64,000 bases of DNA from Octopus sinensis (GCF_006345805.1 NC_042998.1:2790001-2854000), one strand, 5' to 3'; counted from the first letter of the stretch, positions 1 to 14,190 are shown. Translations and numbers: made by a program. The notes: a model not told the origin generated them from the sequence alone.

Positions 1-112
1 TGTGATTATTCTAAAACAGGAAGTTTATATCATAGAACCTGGGATAGTCTTAGGCAGATTGGTCTCAAAAAGGTTAAACGTTTCAAGTAAATACGTAAGT
101 TTAAAAACAACT

Positions 113-163
113 CTACCTAACAGTGAATCTAACCCAAATATTCGATACAGCAGAGATAAAGGC
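113..163 (-). CDS. Candidate exon downstream of 424-500 (AFISAVSNIWVRFTVR* or SLYLCCIEYLG*, depending on frame); possibly terminal
   Basis: Pyrimidine-rich acceptor tttttctttcaaccaattacaattcag| after a 260-nt GT-AG intron (164-423). Both frames compatible with the upstream exon reach a stop within 17 codons. Protein not recognised. Confidence 0.3.
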   Translation of the reverse strand, partial: AFISAVSNIWVRFTVR

Positions 164-423
164 CTGAATTGTAATTGGTTGAAAGAAAAATACTTGATAT
201 AAAAAAGCAAGTGCATAAAAGCAGGAAGTTTCACAGCCACAAAAGAAAAAATTGTGTACATGAGAATCTCTCTATTATTTGTTTGAAAATGTGTCTTTTA
301 TTGCTTTATAATACTGTTATCACACATAGCTATTATTGCGTTAAGAACAACCCTATAATTAAAGGTGTATAAATAAATTGTGCAAAAGGCAATGACAAAA
401 TGATAAAGACTTTTTTAACTTAC

Positions 424-500
424 TTGTCCTAAGCCTAAACCATGGTTTCGCAACTTCTGGATGTGACGGCTGATACTGCGAACAGCCTCTATACTCTCCG
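424..500 (-). CDS. Candidate 77-nt internal coding exon (xESIEAVRSISRHIQKLRNHGLGLGQ or xGEYRGCSQYQPSHPEVAKPWFRLRT)
   Basis: Very strong acceptor ctttttctgttttcttactgttttttcag| and donor CAA|gtaagt. GC/CpG content is well above the flanks and two frames are open. Confidence 0.55.
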
Positions 501-1303
501 CTGAAAAAACAGTAAGAAAACAGAAAAAGTCATGAAATATCAAATGACCAAATCCAAGTAAGGTAACAATTAAAAAAAAAGAAGTCAAATCTAATTCCAT
601 AACTTTTATAGTATTTTCCAAAAAATAAAAAACAATTTCATTGTTGTATTTATATTCCAGTATGATCCTTTTTTTGTTTTTACCAAATAAACACACACAC
701 ACAATATATTCACTCTTCACTTTATCTTTATTATTGATCTTATTTTAGTGTCCTTTGTCTAGGAATCTTTTGTCATACATCCTGTAACCTCTTCAGCTAT
801 TCTCCATCTCACATGTCCCTTTCTGTTCTGTTTAGTCCATTTTGTCAATAATAAAATAGTAAAAAAAATAGTAAAGAACGAATATACAGTGCATATATTT
901 ATTTGGCAAAATAAGCAAAAAACAAAATGAACATCTCAAAATATAACAAAACCGGTTTTAACACACAATTTCACATTAGGAATCTTGCAAAACAAATACA
1001 TGAATGCAATTTCATTTTTATTTTTCTAGGTGTGAAGTTAGTTACCATAAAATTATACAAAAGAAAAAAAAAAGAAAAAATTACAATGGTATATTCATGC
1101 ATCATTTTATACAGAGTAAAGGAGTCATCAGCTAGATCAAAGAAATTATAGGAAATACACACGATTGATTTAACATTTATATGATATATAAAATGTTTAT
1201 TTCTTAAACATTTTGTCACAAATTTGCTTTGAGACATTTTAAAACATTAACTTTTGCTTTGTTTTGTGTGTGTAACTATATACACCTAGCTATCTATCTA
1301 TAC

Positions 1304-1357
<54 letters not shown>

Positions 1358-2702
1358 GACATGGGATGAAGTACTGAAGATTGACCTCAGGATGTTGAAC
1401 CTTTCAGATGAGATAACAAAAGGCCAGGATGCCTGGTGCCTTGTTGTGCCCAAGAAGACCCATACTCCACAGTAGAAGTATTAAGACCCCTGGTGGTGTA
1501 AAGCACTGATGGTAGTGTGACATAAGAGCACGAATGTGGAGCCACACAAAGGCACCCATTCAGTGCCACATTAAAGCACCCGGCACCCTGTCAAGTGATT
1601 GGCATTAGGAAGGGCATCCAGCTATAGAAACCATGCCAAAGCAGACTGGAGCCTGGTGCAGCTCCACAGTGTGCCATTGTCCGTGCTGGTCAAACCATCA
1701 AACCCATGCCACGGTGGACAACTGACATTAAATGATGATGATGATGACAGATATATATAAGTTTCAAAAATTAAACAGACTCATGACAAGGAATGAATGG
1801 GAAATTCACTCTCAAGATATGGACATGCTCTTTCTTCTTCAGCTTCTTTTGCCCAAAATCATTACAATTTCATGCCTTGAATGATAACATTGTAAATTTT
1901 TGGTGGCATCAACAGTAAAATGCTGCTGGGAACATTGAGCCAACACTGATGACAGTAACGAAAACAAATACAACACAGGTATAAATGTAAATATACTAAC
2001 GATAATTATACATCACATGAAAACAAAGGCTCTGAGACAAGATAAGATGAGTGTTTAAGTAAGACAATGGGAAAAGTCCTGTAGGACTGAAAAATGTGTT
2101 TTTAGATTAATATACAAAGTGTGCATATATGAATGAGAGAGAGAGAGAGAGAGAGAGATTTTATATGCATTTGTGACTATCAGGTTGAGAAGCTCACTTT
2201 ACAACAAAATGGTTTGGGTTTCAGTCCCAATGTGCAGCACCTTCGGCATATGTCTTCTATTATAGCCCCAGTCCTAGGCAAAACAATGCCTTATGAGTGA
2301 ATTTGGTAGATTGAAACTGTGTGGAAGCCCATTATATGTGCATTTGTTCAAAGAAACTGACACCACTTGACAAATGGCATTGGTTTGTTTACATCCCTCC
2401 ATAAGTTAGCAGTTCAGCCAAAGTGGCTGAAAGGATAAGCACTGGACTTTAAAAATAAGAACTAGGGTCGATCAATTCAATTAAAACCCTTGAAGGCAAG
2501 TGCTCCAGCATGGCCACAGTCAAATGACTGAAACAAGAAAAAGATGGAAGACGTGTAGGTGTGCAGCACATACACATCACTGCGAAAGCTGCATTCCAGC
2601 AGCCATGCCAAAGAGTCACCTTCATTTTGCAGTACATTAATAAGCAATGGCCATACTCATTATTGAACCAGCTTCTATTGTATGCGTGTGTGGGGGAGTG
2701 AG

Positions 2703-2755
<53 letters not shown>

Positions 2756-3840
2756 CAGACAAATCAGAAAGTTTACAATCCAAAGTGTGACAGAGTGGCT
2801 AAAAATATTTATTAATACATAATGACATTGGAAAATTTCCAATAGTGCTTTCTGCATGAAGAACTTGGTTGCTAAGTGTAGATAACCATTATTCTTGGCT
2901 CACCAATTCAAGAATGGCAGCCCACACTCAGCTATGTTCTCTAGTACTACTTAGTATATCCAATCTTCACAGACATTAAACCTATATAGACAAACATGTA
3001 CACATTCTTTTGTTCCTTTTCTTGTTTCACTCGCTCGACTGCAGTCATGATGAAGCACTGCCTTGAAGGGCTTCATCAGTAACATCAACCCCAGTACATA
3101 TTTCAGTCCACTACTGGTTGTATTTTCCAGCATATAATTTTTTTTTTTTACATGTTTCAGCCCTAAGACTGTGGCCATGCTGGGGCACCGCCACGTTATA
3201 AGTTGAATTTTTCAGATCAAAGTTTACAACCCCAAAAGGTAGGTCAACTTTATAAACCAAAAATTTCATGTGAAATGCAGCAGGATTTAGAAGGACAGTG
3301 ACGTGTCATCACAATATACTTCACCAACTTATATGCTGGAAAACATGCTGGTATTCTATTGGTTTCTTTTTATAGAACTGTTAAGTCACAAGGATATAAA
3401 CAAGCACTGGTTATAAACAGTAAAAGACAAACACAAACATGTTCTGCTTTCCTTCAAGAAAATTGACTCACAAAGTATTTGTCGGACTCAGGATGTATTT
3501 TAAGACACTAAAGAGAACTCAAAATTCTGTAGTTGCAAACCAAACTTCTTTACACAGCCATGGTGGAAACTGTAAGAAGTCTGTTGTGTGTGTGTGTGTG
3601 TGTGTTTGCATCCCCTTGTCTTGACATGTGGAAGTTAAAAGCAATTGTCACCATCATACAAGTGGTACTCTTCGTTTTCAGTCTTCCCTGAAAATATGTC
3701 TGGCCAAGGGGAAATATTATCTTCATTCGCAAACTAGTGAGGGTTAGCAACCAAAAGGGCTTCTTATCATAAAAATCTGTTTCAACAAATTCTTTTTCAT
3801 CCAAGCAAACAAGGAAAAGTGAACATTAGAATTGGTATAC

Positions 3841-4227
3841 TCTTACTTGTTTCAGTCATTTTGACTGTGGCCATGCTGGAACACCGCCTTTTAGTCGAGC
3901 AAATCGACCCCAGGACTTATTCTTTAGAAGCCTAGTACTTATTCTATCGGTCTCTTTTGCCGAACCGCTAAGTTACGGGGGCGTAAACACACCAGCATTG
4001 GTTGTCAAGCGATTTTGGGAGGACAGACAGACACACACATATATATATATACACACATACATATATATGACAGGCTTCTTTCAGTTTCCATCTACCAAAT
4101 CCACTCACAAGGCTTTGGTCAGCCCAAGGCTATAGTAGAAGACACTTGCCCAAGGTGTCATGCAGTGGGACTGAACTCAGAACCATGTGGTTCATAAGCA
4201 AGCTACTTGCCACACAGCCACTCCTAC
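3841..4227 (-). mobile_element. CORE-type SINE copy
   Basis: Near-identical to the reverse complement of 16484-16867. Confidence 0.8.
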
Positions 4228-5985
4228 ACCTTATAATGATGTTTTTAATGAATTAGGATACAAAAACAAAATACAAGAAGAATCATTTCAAACTTGCATC
4301 CAATCAACAAATGCAAAATATCTTATACTTTAGGCAAACTATCATATCACTCCGACATCTTTATTTCTCTCTTAAAGTCATTATCTTCCAGTGTTTCTGT
4401 CTACAGAAGTATAATATATCACTTAATAGTCAATATCTTATCCTCCAGTAGTTAATAATATTCTGTGCATACTGATATATCTTACTTACTTATCATTTCC
4501 TCCATAAAATTATTCTATAAACAGATGTACCATAGACATATATCACTTTCCTTCTTAGACATGTCCAAAGTCTAATTACTATCAAAGCGTACAGGAAATA
4601 TTTTGTATTTAATAAATACTGGAAACCAATTTACAGAAGAAACAAATGACGACATTTCACTTAGATTGTGAAATCAATTCAAAATAGCTCATTATACTAT
4701 TTTTCAAACATTGATATAAAAAGACTAAGGAAAATAATAATAATAATCCTTTCTACTAAAGACACAAGGTTTGAAATTCTGGGGAAAGGGATTAGTTGAT
4801 TACATTGAGCCCAGTACTCAACTAGTACTTAGTTCATTGACCCTGAAAGGATGAAAGGCAAAGTCAACTCGGTGGAATTTGAACTCAGAATATAAAGACA
4901 GACGAAATTCCACTAAGCACCTAGCATGCTAACAATTCTTATTTCTTTACTGCCCACAAGGGGCTACACACAGAAGGGACAAACAAGGACAGACAAACGG
5001 ATTAAGTTGATTATATCAACCCTAGTGCGTAACTGGTACTTACTTAATCAACCCCGAAAGGGATGAAAGGAATTTGAAAGGAATCGACCCCAAAAGGGAT
5101 GAAAAGAATTTGAAAGGAATCGACCCCAAAAGGGATGAAAGGAATTTGAACTCAGAACGTAGAGGCAGACGAAATACCGCTAAGCATGTCGCCTGACATA
5201 CTAACGATTCTGGCAGCTCGCTACCTTAATAATAATAATAATATTAATAATAATCCTTTCTTTATTGGCCACAAGGGCTGAAATTGGGAGGAGGGGACTA
5301 GTTGATTACTAATCTTTTCTTCAACAAGAGGGTCATTTCCTAGCCAGGTGGTCCAAGGTTCAACCCTACTGTGTGGTACCTTGGTCAACTCTGGGCTGAC
5401 TGTTCCCTTATGAGTAAGGTTGGTAGACAGGAACTGAATGTAAACTCAATGTGTGTGTGTGTGTGTGCGTGAATGAGTGTGTGAGAGAGAGAGAGAGAGA
5501 GAAAGTGTATATAGCTTCATTTCACTTGCCATGTGGGCAAAATGGTGATGTCATGTTCACGTCCCATGTGAAAAATATGTCTTGTAGCTCTTGTGTTTTT
5601 GGCATGTCATGACCAGTGGAATGAGAAAACAGGTTGGCAACAAGAAAGCTGTTGTTATTATTGCTGTAGAGTAAGGGAGGGTGTTGGCAGAATTGTGAGG
5701 GGACTGAAACATGCTTTGTGGCATTGTGAGGAATGACGGCAATTTATGTCTTCAAAAGGAATAACAGTTACTGTTCTGGTCATTTTGGATATATTCCTAA
5801 TGATGTATGCCTAGAACAATATCATTCTGTAATATACACCAACTACAAAAGTAAATAAGTTTGACTAAATCCCTCGCTGAAAGATTTGCAACCTACCAAA
5901 GGATTATCTATGGTTAAAGAACTGAACGACATTCCTATCTCCAAGGAAGACATAAGAATATCGCAGATTTTCAGAATATCACATA

Positions 5986-6379
5986 CTAGCAGTATTACCC
6001 GGCGTTGCTTGGGTTTGTTTCGACCCTTTAGAATTGGAATTTTTGAAAAGTAAAAATGTTGCATTATGTAGCTTGTTATTCTCTTTAAGTGAACATTTTT
6101 CTGGTTGAAATACACCGAAAAATGGCAACACAGCAGTCAAAAAATCGTAAAAAATAGGGATTTTCATAGAAAAAAAGCACCTTTTTGGTGTAAATAATTT
6201 TTGGTGTTAACATGGTCCGATTTGAATTTTATCTTCTACGGAAGGAAGAGCAAACCTTCTTCTATCATACTCTCAATTTTGGTTGAACTGCGCCAAAGGG
6301 TCTCAGAGGAGATAGTGTTAGTTGAAGGCTACCAAACCTGCCACACACAGACAACTTCAGCTTTATATATATATATAGA
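5986..6379 (-). mobile_element. Complete non-autonomous Helitron (394 bp)
   Basis: On the minus strand it begins TC(TATATATATATAAAGCTGAAG) and ends ...cccaagcaacgccgggtaatactgCTAG. It has a subterminal GC hairpin, is inserted between A and T and has no TSD: all canonical Helitron hallmarks. Confidence 0.85.
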
Positions 6380-8867
6380 TTTTCGTTGTCCTTTTGGCAG
6401 TGGCAGAAGCAAAAGCAGCAGTGACACCAGTGTGGAGTTGGTGACAGTAAACAGAAGAGCTGTTTCACAGGAGTTTCACAAAATGTATTTCATTGAGTCA
6501 AACTGATTAGCTTAAGCATGACATTCAACAGCTGTGATCTTACAAGTAGCAGATTTTAACCCCATTCTCTCTCTCTCTCAGAGAATATTTACACAAGAGC
6601 ATGTATTTGTGAAAGAGTGGAGCAAGAAGAGAGGGTACCAGGGTTTGTGCGAGGGACGGAGGAGGACAGAGAAGGGAGGGAAGGCCAAAGAGAGAGAGAA
6701 GGAAAGAGAACAAGGACTTGGTTACAGCTCAGCCTGTGCAACACCCCTCCCCTCCCCCGTCGTACGATTTGAGTATAGATGTCGGCCATCTTGGCTGTAG
6801 TTATTCAAACTGACACTGTACACTGAACAACTGTTTCTACAAAGTGTCCACGAACAAAGTAAGGTTGCATCTGTTGTGTTGTTGCCCTGGCGTTGTCTGT
6901 AATGCATACCTCAAGTTTATTCAACTGTTTCATCCTTAGTTAATGTTTATAAAGATACCGTATTTAAACATTTCCAACCAAGTCTTACTGGAATGCCTCA
7001 TCAATCAATCTACCTGAGTTATTTCACAGCTAAAGCATTCATTGCATTGTAAGACATTTCATATCACGTCAGGTTAAGATGCTCAATTCGTGACTCATAG
7101 TTCACAGGCTCAAATTTTACAAATTGTTACATTGGGTCTGATTAGGATCTACAAACTTCTTTCTCTTTGCCATAAAAGGTATTTGCCCTGACATCAATTT
7201 CCCTTGTTATTAGTTTCTTTAACCCTTTTAGCATTCAGTTTTCTGTGTCAAATGTAATGCTTATTTATTCACCTTGATTTGAATTTGTCAAGAATTAGCT
7301 TGTAGATTTGAGATTTAAATGATGTGATTTATTTTTTAAATAATATTGTAGCGTAACTTTGAGAGGCTGGATCTGGCCAGTTTGAAGATAAAACAGGTAG
7401 ATTATTTTGGCTGGATTTGGCCGGTTTAAGTGCTAAAAGGCAGCAAGCTGGCAGAATTATCAGCAATCGGACAAAACACTTGGCAGCATTTTGCTTGTCT
7501 TTACATTCTGAGTTCAAATTCTCTGAGGTCATCTTTGCCTTTCAATTTTTGGGGTTTTGATAAAATAAATACCAGTTGAGCATTAGGGTCGATGAAATCA
7601 ACTTACCCAGTACTCCAAAATTGCTGGCCTTGTGCCAAAATTTTTCTTTGAGGTTGGTGAGCAGGCAGAATCAGCAGCAGCAACCAAGCAAAATGCATGG
7701 GGGTGGGGAGATAAAAATAGGTACCCATTAAGCAGTGGGGGTTGATGTAACCAACAAGCTTCCTCCCTTAAAATTTCAGGCCCTGTACATCACCATCATC
7801 ATTTAACGTCCATTTTCCACGCTAGCACGGGTTGGACAGTTCGACTGGGGTCTGGGAAGCCAGGGGCTGCACCAGGCTCCAGTCTGATCTGGCAATGTTT
7901 CTACAGCTGGATGCCCTTCGTAACGCCAACCACTCCGCGAGTGTAGTGGGTGCTTTTTACGTGCCACCTGCACAGGTGCCAGGGGGGTCCGGCATTGGCC
8001 ACGATCAGTTGGTGCTTTTAACATGCCACCGGCACGGAAGCCAGCCAAGGCGGCGCTGGCATCGGCCACGTTCGGATGGTGCTTTTTATGTGCCACCGGC
8101 ACAGAAGCCAATCGAGGCGGCACTGGCATCATAGAAAGTTTTTTAAGTCTGTCATGTACCCTAGGACTCATAAGACTGGACTTTAACCCAGTTTGGCATA
8201 TAAGTGATTGGGGTTACAGCATTCTTCCCTGAATGGCAGCTGGTCTCTTACAGGGTTAACTTTGCAACTATTGCTGGGTCTCAGAGCTGAATGGACAGAA
8301 GCAATAAGAAATGAAGGGTTCTGTTCAAGAATGCAAGGCATTACATAGTCCAGGAATCAAAGCCTCAATTAAAACATTACAGGTGCAGCAACCTAACCAA
8401 TAGGCCACACACCTTCACATAAATTTTATTTAACCATAAAATTCTATATTTATTAGCTTCTTGCAAATATCAAACTGTTATGTGAAGGTGTGTGGCCCAG
8501 TGGTTAGGTTGTTGCACATACAATCACCAGATTGTTGTTTCAATTCCTGGACCAGACAGTGTGTTGTGTTCTTCAGCAAAACCCTTCATATCACATTGCT
8601 TTAGTGTCGTATGGAGATCAGCATGTCAAAGAACAGACCCAATGTTTCTTCTGTGTGTCATGAAAAGCAACAAAAACAGGTTGAAGCAGGATTTGCACTC
8701 TGACCTCATAAAATCCTCACCAGCAATAATTACCCAGAAAAACCTACAGGCTGGAGGGTTGTCTCCTGGGTGGTACAAAGATGTCATCTGCCAGGAGTAG
8801 GGGGGGGGGAATCATCAACAAATGGTGGATGCAGCAACATGCTGTTTCAGCACATGCCCCCATACTT

Positions 8868-8904
<37 letters not shown>

Positions 8905-9499
8905 TTGCAAATATAGTTGCAGAGTGTTTGAAAAAATCTATTCTTATAAAAGATTTTTAAAAATTCACATGCCAAAGGGGTTTATAAAACCTACAACTCA
9001 GTGTTCTGGATATATCTTGAACCCTTTAGCATTAAAATTATTCTGTCAAGTATAATGCTCATTTTGAATTACGCATTACCTCGTAGCTCTGGGATTCCAA
9101 TGATATGATTTTTTTAGAATGACATTGCAGGTTAGCTGTGACAGGCCAGATCTGGTGAGTTTGAACACAAAACAAGTAGAATATTTTAGCCAGATACGGC
9201 TGGTTTAAATGCTAAAAGTTTAAAGGTAGGATGCCAATCTAAACAAGGAACATTCTCAGAAAAATCTGGTACCTAACTGTTAAATGAACATAATCATGGA
9301 GAGTTAATGTCTACCAAAAGTCAAAATGCAAAAAGTTATGCCATTCACATATGCAGCAATGCCTATGTATGGATACGGGCATTATAAGATATACAATAAT
9401 AGAGAATTGTAAGACACAACCTCTTGCATGTGTCTCAACTAAATAAATACTACTTTACCACAAATTAGATGTACCAATATTCATAGTTACATTTATGCA

Positions 9500-9533
9500 G
9501 CTGAATATATATACATATGTATATATGTGCATG

Positions 9534-9564
<31 letters not shown>

Positions 9565-9630
9565 GAGAAAATAAGTCGAAATAGAAAATGCTAAAATAAT
9601 TTTATGAAAAATATTTCAGTACCAGTTTCA

Positions 9631-9674
<44 letters not shown>

Positions 9675-9748
9675 GCACACACACGTGCACACAAATAAAT
9701 ATATATATATGCGAATGTATATATGTGCTTGTATGCATGTGTGTGTGA

Positions 9749-9804
<56 letters not shown>

Positions 9805-9904
9805 GTGTGTATGTATATACACATGTATATATATATATATACACACACACAAGTGTGTATGTATATATACATATATATACACACATACATACACAAGTGT
9901 GTGT

Positions 9905-9935
<31 letters not shown>

Positions 9936-9975
9936 CATACATATATATGTATACACACACACACACACACACTCA
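9500..9975. repeat. Compound (TA)n/(CA)n microsatellite; similar arrays at ~14140-14410, 23360-23920, 55600-55720 and 58288-58700
   Basis: Direct inspection. These arrays produce the long YI/CV/HT pseudo-ORFs in the ORF track. Confidence 0.95.
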
Positions 9976-10717
9976 GAAAATGATGAGAAGCACCACAGCA
10001 GAGTAATTAAGATTTCTCCCTTTATCTCACCAAATTGTCAAATATGATTAAGCAGGTTCACAAGATTTGCAGATGATGCAAGTCTCTCCCTGCTTTTTTT
10101 TCTTCCTTCAGATTCAATGTTTTGCAAACTGCTAACGTACAGGGCTTCTATTACACATGTACTTTTCCTATTATCCTATCATCACATCATCTCATCTGGA
10201 CCCAGCAATATGTTAATACGTAACACTAGACTCTGATGCAACAATTACTTATTTATAAGAGGAAATACATCACACTGACTCAGTCTTTTGCACCAGACCC
10301 AACTGGATGATATTACTTACTTTACCACAAACAATATGCCCCACAACATCTATAGCAGGCATGAGCAACCTTTTTTCAAGAAGTAGGCCACAGGAGACAT
10401 AGGTCAACATTTTTATAATTAAATATTATTAGGATTTGTATAAAAAGAAAATTTAAATATTTTCTGTGTTGTAGAAGTAGAAGAAATTTATTGCACATAA
10501 GTTTTAACAACAAAATCTAATAATTGTCTCCAAGAGTCATATGGACTCTGGTTGTGAACCACTTATCTAGAATAAGTGTTCTTGAACTGGAGCACATGTA
10601 CCCCTTGGAGTACACAAGAGAAAACGCAAGGATATAGTGAGTTTTATAAACACACTGGGATTTTGAAGTAATCACAACCAACTAAATGCATCTAAATGTC
10701 TCTAGAAAATGTGCAGA

Positions 10718-10950
10718 AAGTGGCGAGGTGGCAGAGACATTAGCACGCCGGACGAAATGCCTAGCGGTATTTCGTTGCTGTTACATTCTGAGCTCAAATT
10801 CCGCCGAGGTCGACTTCGCCTTTCATCCATTCGGGGTCGATTAAGTAAGTACCAGTTACGCACTGGGGTCGATGTCATCGACTTAATCCCTTTGTCTGTC
10901 CTTTTTGTCCCCTCTATGTTTAGCCCCTTGTGGGCAATAAAGAAATAAGA
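10718..10950 (+). mobile_element. Second tRNA-derived SINE family, near-intact copy
   Basis: Head ggcgaggtggcaga..ttagcacg..gagctcaaattcc (B-box-like) and tail ccccttgtgggcaataaagaaataaga. Other copies lie at ~4740-5228(-), 7440-7770, 29626-29858(-), 39670-40830 and 60260-60420. Confidence 0.75.
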
Positions 10951-13900
10951 AAATGTATAGAGGGTCTTTCACTGTTTGATCCACTCATGAAGATGAGTTA
11001 TTAGCAGTATTAATAACTAAAAGCAGATTCCATGCAAGACTACCAACCGAGAAGGATATGCAAGCATGCCTCTCTGACACTTTGAATAAATGCTTACTTA
11101 TTCGTATAATTTTGAACTTATTTATTTATGCGCCCTTTTCAAGCTTAGCAAGGCTCATGGGCCCGGTTTCCCAGGATCTATTGTGTATGTGTTCCCCCCA
11201 GCTGGATGGGATGCCAGTCCATCGCAGCGTAACCCAAGAAACAGGAAAAAAGAGTGAGAGAAAGTTGGGGCGAAAGAATACAACAGGTGTTGCTACCACC
11301 TCCTGCCAGAGCCTCGTGGCGCTTTAGGTGTTTTCACTCAATAAACGCACACAATGCCCGGTCTAGGAATTGAAACCGCGAGTCCACTGCCCTAACCACT
11401 GGGCCATTGTGCCTCCACATAATTTTGAACTAATCATGCATTATCTTATAGCTTCAAAATTTCAGTGATGTAGTTATTTTTTTTTTGAATGACATTGTAG
11501 GATAGGTTTGAAAGGCAGGATGTAGCCAGTATGAACATAAAATGGGTAGAATATCTCAATTAGAACTGGATGGTTTACATGCCAAAGGGTTGAATTAATT
11601 TGTTACATAGACACAAAACCAGAAAGTTTGGAAGAGGGAAGAATTGCTATGTCAACCCCAGTATTCAACTGGTACACTTATTTTATCAACCCCAAGAAGA
11701 CGAATTATTTAAGTCAAATTAAATTAATAACAAATAACACATATCTATTGTTTGCTCGATGGTATTCAACTATTTTTACACAGGATACAGCAACAATGCA
11801 GAGTATGATGAGTGGATATTCTGAGAGTAAAAGTTTCAGAATTCTTGATCTAGAAGGCCTAAATATGTGTCCAAATGGATCATTTTGTCATATTTGGAGT
11901 GGTAGATGGCGTAACTTTTCTAATTACTGATACTTGAAGCTATATTCAAAGAAAAACTCTCTGTCTCACTACTGGTCTCTTCTGTGATTATTATAAAGAC
12001 TGCTTATTTAAAATATCTATCTAAATTCTAACCCTGGAAGTAACTCAATGTTCTACATTCTGGATTTACAATGTCTCTTTAAAAAAAATTGTACAAGTAT
12101 AAGGTCTTCATGTAGCTAAAGAGCAAGTCTTTATATCGTCACTCAACAGACTAAAAATTGCATCTCTCTCTCTCTCTCTCTCTCAGATCACATGGTGTCA
12201 TCTTGAAATATGCATTGGTTAATGTAAACTAAGATACATCTCTAACAAAGAGACAGGACAGGCATAGCAGAACACCTTTGACAATATTCCTACTTAATCT
12301 AGACTGTCCTTAGAGTAAATGCAAACAACAGTTTTTCATTCCATGGATAACAGCTCTTGGAAAATTTCTCTTCCCATTAAGATGACTAATATCCAATTTT
12401 GCAAAAGCTTAAAAATTAATAAAATTTATCTACCGGTTTCCCCACTTCATTTCTGTTATGCAAGAGGATTTTTCAAGCCAGTGAGGTAGCCTCATACTTA
12501 AGCTGTTATGCATAGCAGCTAAATCTCCCTAAAATTGCACCCTACATTAAAAAAAATAACATATTTGATTGTTATCATAGATATACTATACATGGGTTAA
12601 AAGTGGAATGGTCATGGCTGGAATACTTTAGAGTAAAATGTCTGATCAATCGAGAATGATTTGAAGCAAAACAACAACAATGACAAGAGCACTTCAGAGA
12701 GCTTTGAAGAATATTTCCATCTTTGGAAATAAAAATATATAAAGAAGAGAAGGAAAAAAATTAAGCGAAATAAAAGATTTAAGCAATGATTTGACGTAAT
12801 ACAATACAATACCACCTCCAACTATGGTTACAAGTACTCATTCTCAATAAGCTAAATCAGAAATTATGTTCAACTGATGCCTTCTTTCATATTTATTGTT
12901 CATTTGTTGTTAAAACTACAATGCTACACAAATAGAGGACATGACCAACATATCAAGAAGGAGGCAAAACAAGCGTTCAGAAATAGTGAAGATAAAACAA
13001 AGTTCAAAGTATACATAATTAAAAAGCAATGCTATGTAAAGTATTTTAAGACAGAAAAAGGGTGGATAGCGTAATAAGAGATAAGACTGAATGTTCTATT
13101 TAACAAGAGAATTGCATCACATACAAGTTAAATGTACTATACTATCATCATTTTCACACCCACTTTTCCATGCTTGCATAGATCGGATAGAGTTTACTGA
13201 TGCAAATTTTCTACAGCTGGATGCACTTTCTGTTGCCAACACTCACCTGTTTCCATGTAGGGTGATATAATATTTCCCCATGGCCAGACATGCTCTTGCA
13301 GAAGATTAGAAATGAATAAACACTGCTTGTATGATGGTCACAATAATTTGCAAGTATTAGGCGATGTCAACACGTACACACACTCACACAAACATTCACA
13401 TACATATATACAACAGGCTTCTTTCAGGTTTCATCAACGAAATTCCCTCGGCCCAGGGCTATAATAGAAGAGTCTTGCCCAAGGTACCATGCAGTGGGAC
13501 TGAACCCAGAACCATATGGCTAGGAAGCAAACTTCTTACCACACAGACATATGTGCTTTTACAGTTAGTAACAGAGGTGGGTGATGACACAGATCCAATG
13601 TGCTACCATCAGTCAATGCACTGACACCAGGGAGTGCTGTAAACAAACGGACCAAAGGGTGCTGAGTGTTGTACATACTAAATAAACATCACCTCACATA
13701 GATGTGCTCATCTATGCAGATGCAGGTGCAGCAGTGGAACTGAGAAGTTCATTTCCCAACCACATGCTTTCAAGTTCAATTTCACTTCATGCCACCTTGG
13801 GCAAGTGTTTTCTTTTATAGCTCCATATTGATCAATGCTTTCTGAGTAAATTCAGTAGACAGAAAATTAAAGAGAATTATCGTGTGTGTGTGTGTGTGTG

Positions 13901-14190
13901 TGCTCGTGCGCACGTGTGCATTTGCACTGATGTGTGAAATGGAGAATAATGTTTAGCCAATGTGTTGGCTTAATGACCAGTTGCTCTGCACTTTCAACAA
14001 CCTGTGCAATATAAAATCCCTTACTTGCAAAACAAGTAAATGTTAGCAATGGGAAGAGCATCCAGCTGTAAAGTTCTGCTTCATATATGTCAATAAGTAA
14101 ACCCAAGCTAGTATGGAAAATCATGAAATGAAAATGTATTGTGTGTGCACAAACACACACACTTATTTATGTACACATACACGTATGCAC

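Noticed and set aside
424-500. LRNHG motif suggesting adducin/class II aldolase
   Set aside because: Flanking residues do not match that family; no gene symbol assigned.
1880-1915. CTGATGA-cagtaac-GAAA hammerhead-like core
   Set aside because: No stem II base pair and no stem I or III; chance match.
9591-10047. Long ORFs of YI/CV/HT dipeptides (also 14113-14482, 23229-23960, 55493-55873, 58227-58806)
   Set aside because: Translations of stop-free dinucleotide microsatellites, not genes.
10356-10650. Possible hAT terminal remnants (caggcatgagcaacc…; tacatgtacccc-like)
   Set aside because: Too decayed; no paired TIR or 8-bp TSD.
12612-12725. Minus-strand acceptor with open frames; similar candidates at ~4330-4400, ~15820-15850 and ~1110-1130
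   Set aside because: Weak or absent donors, or internal stops. They could not be placed unambiguously in the chain.
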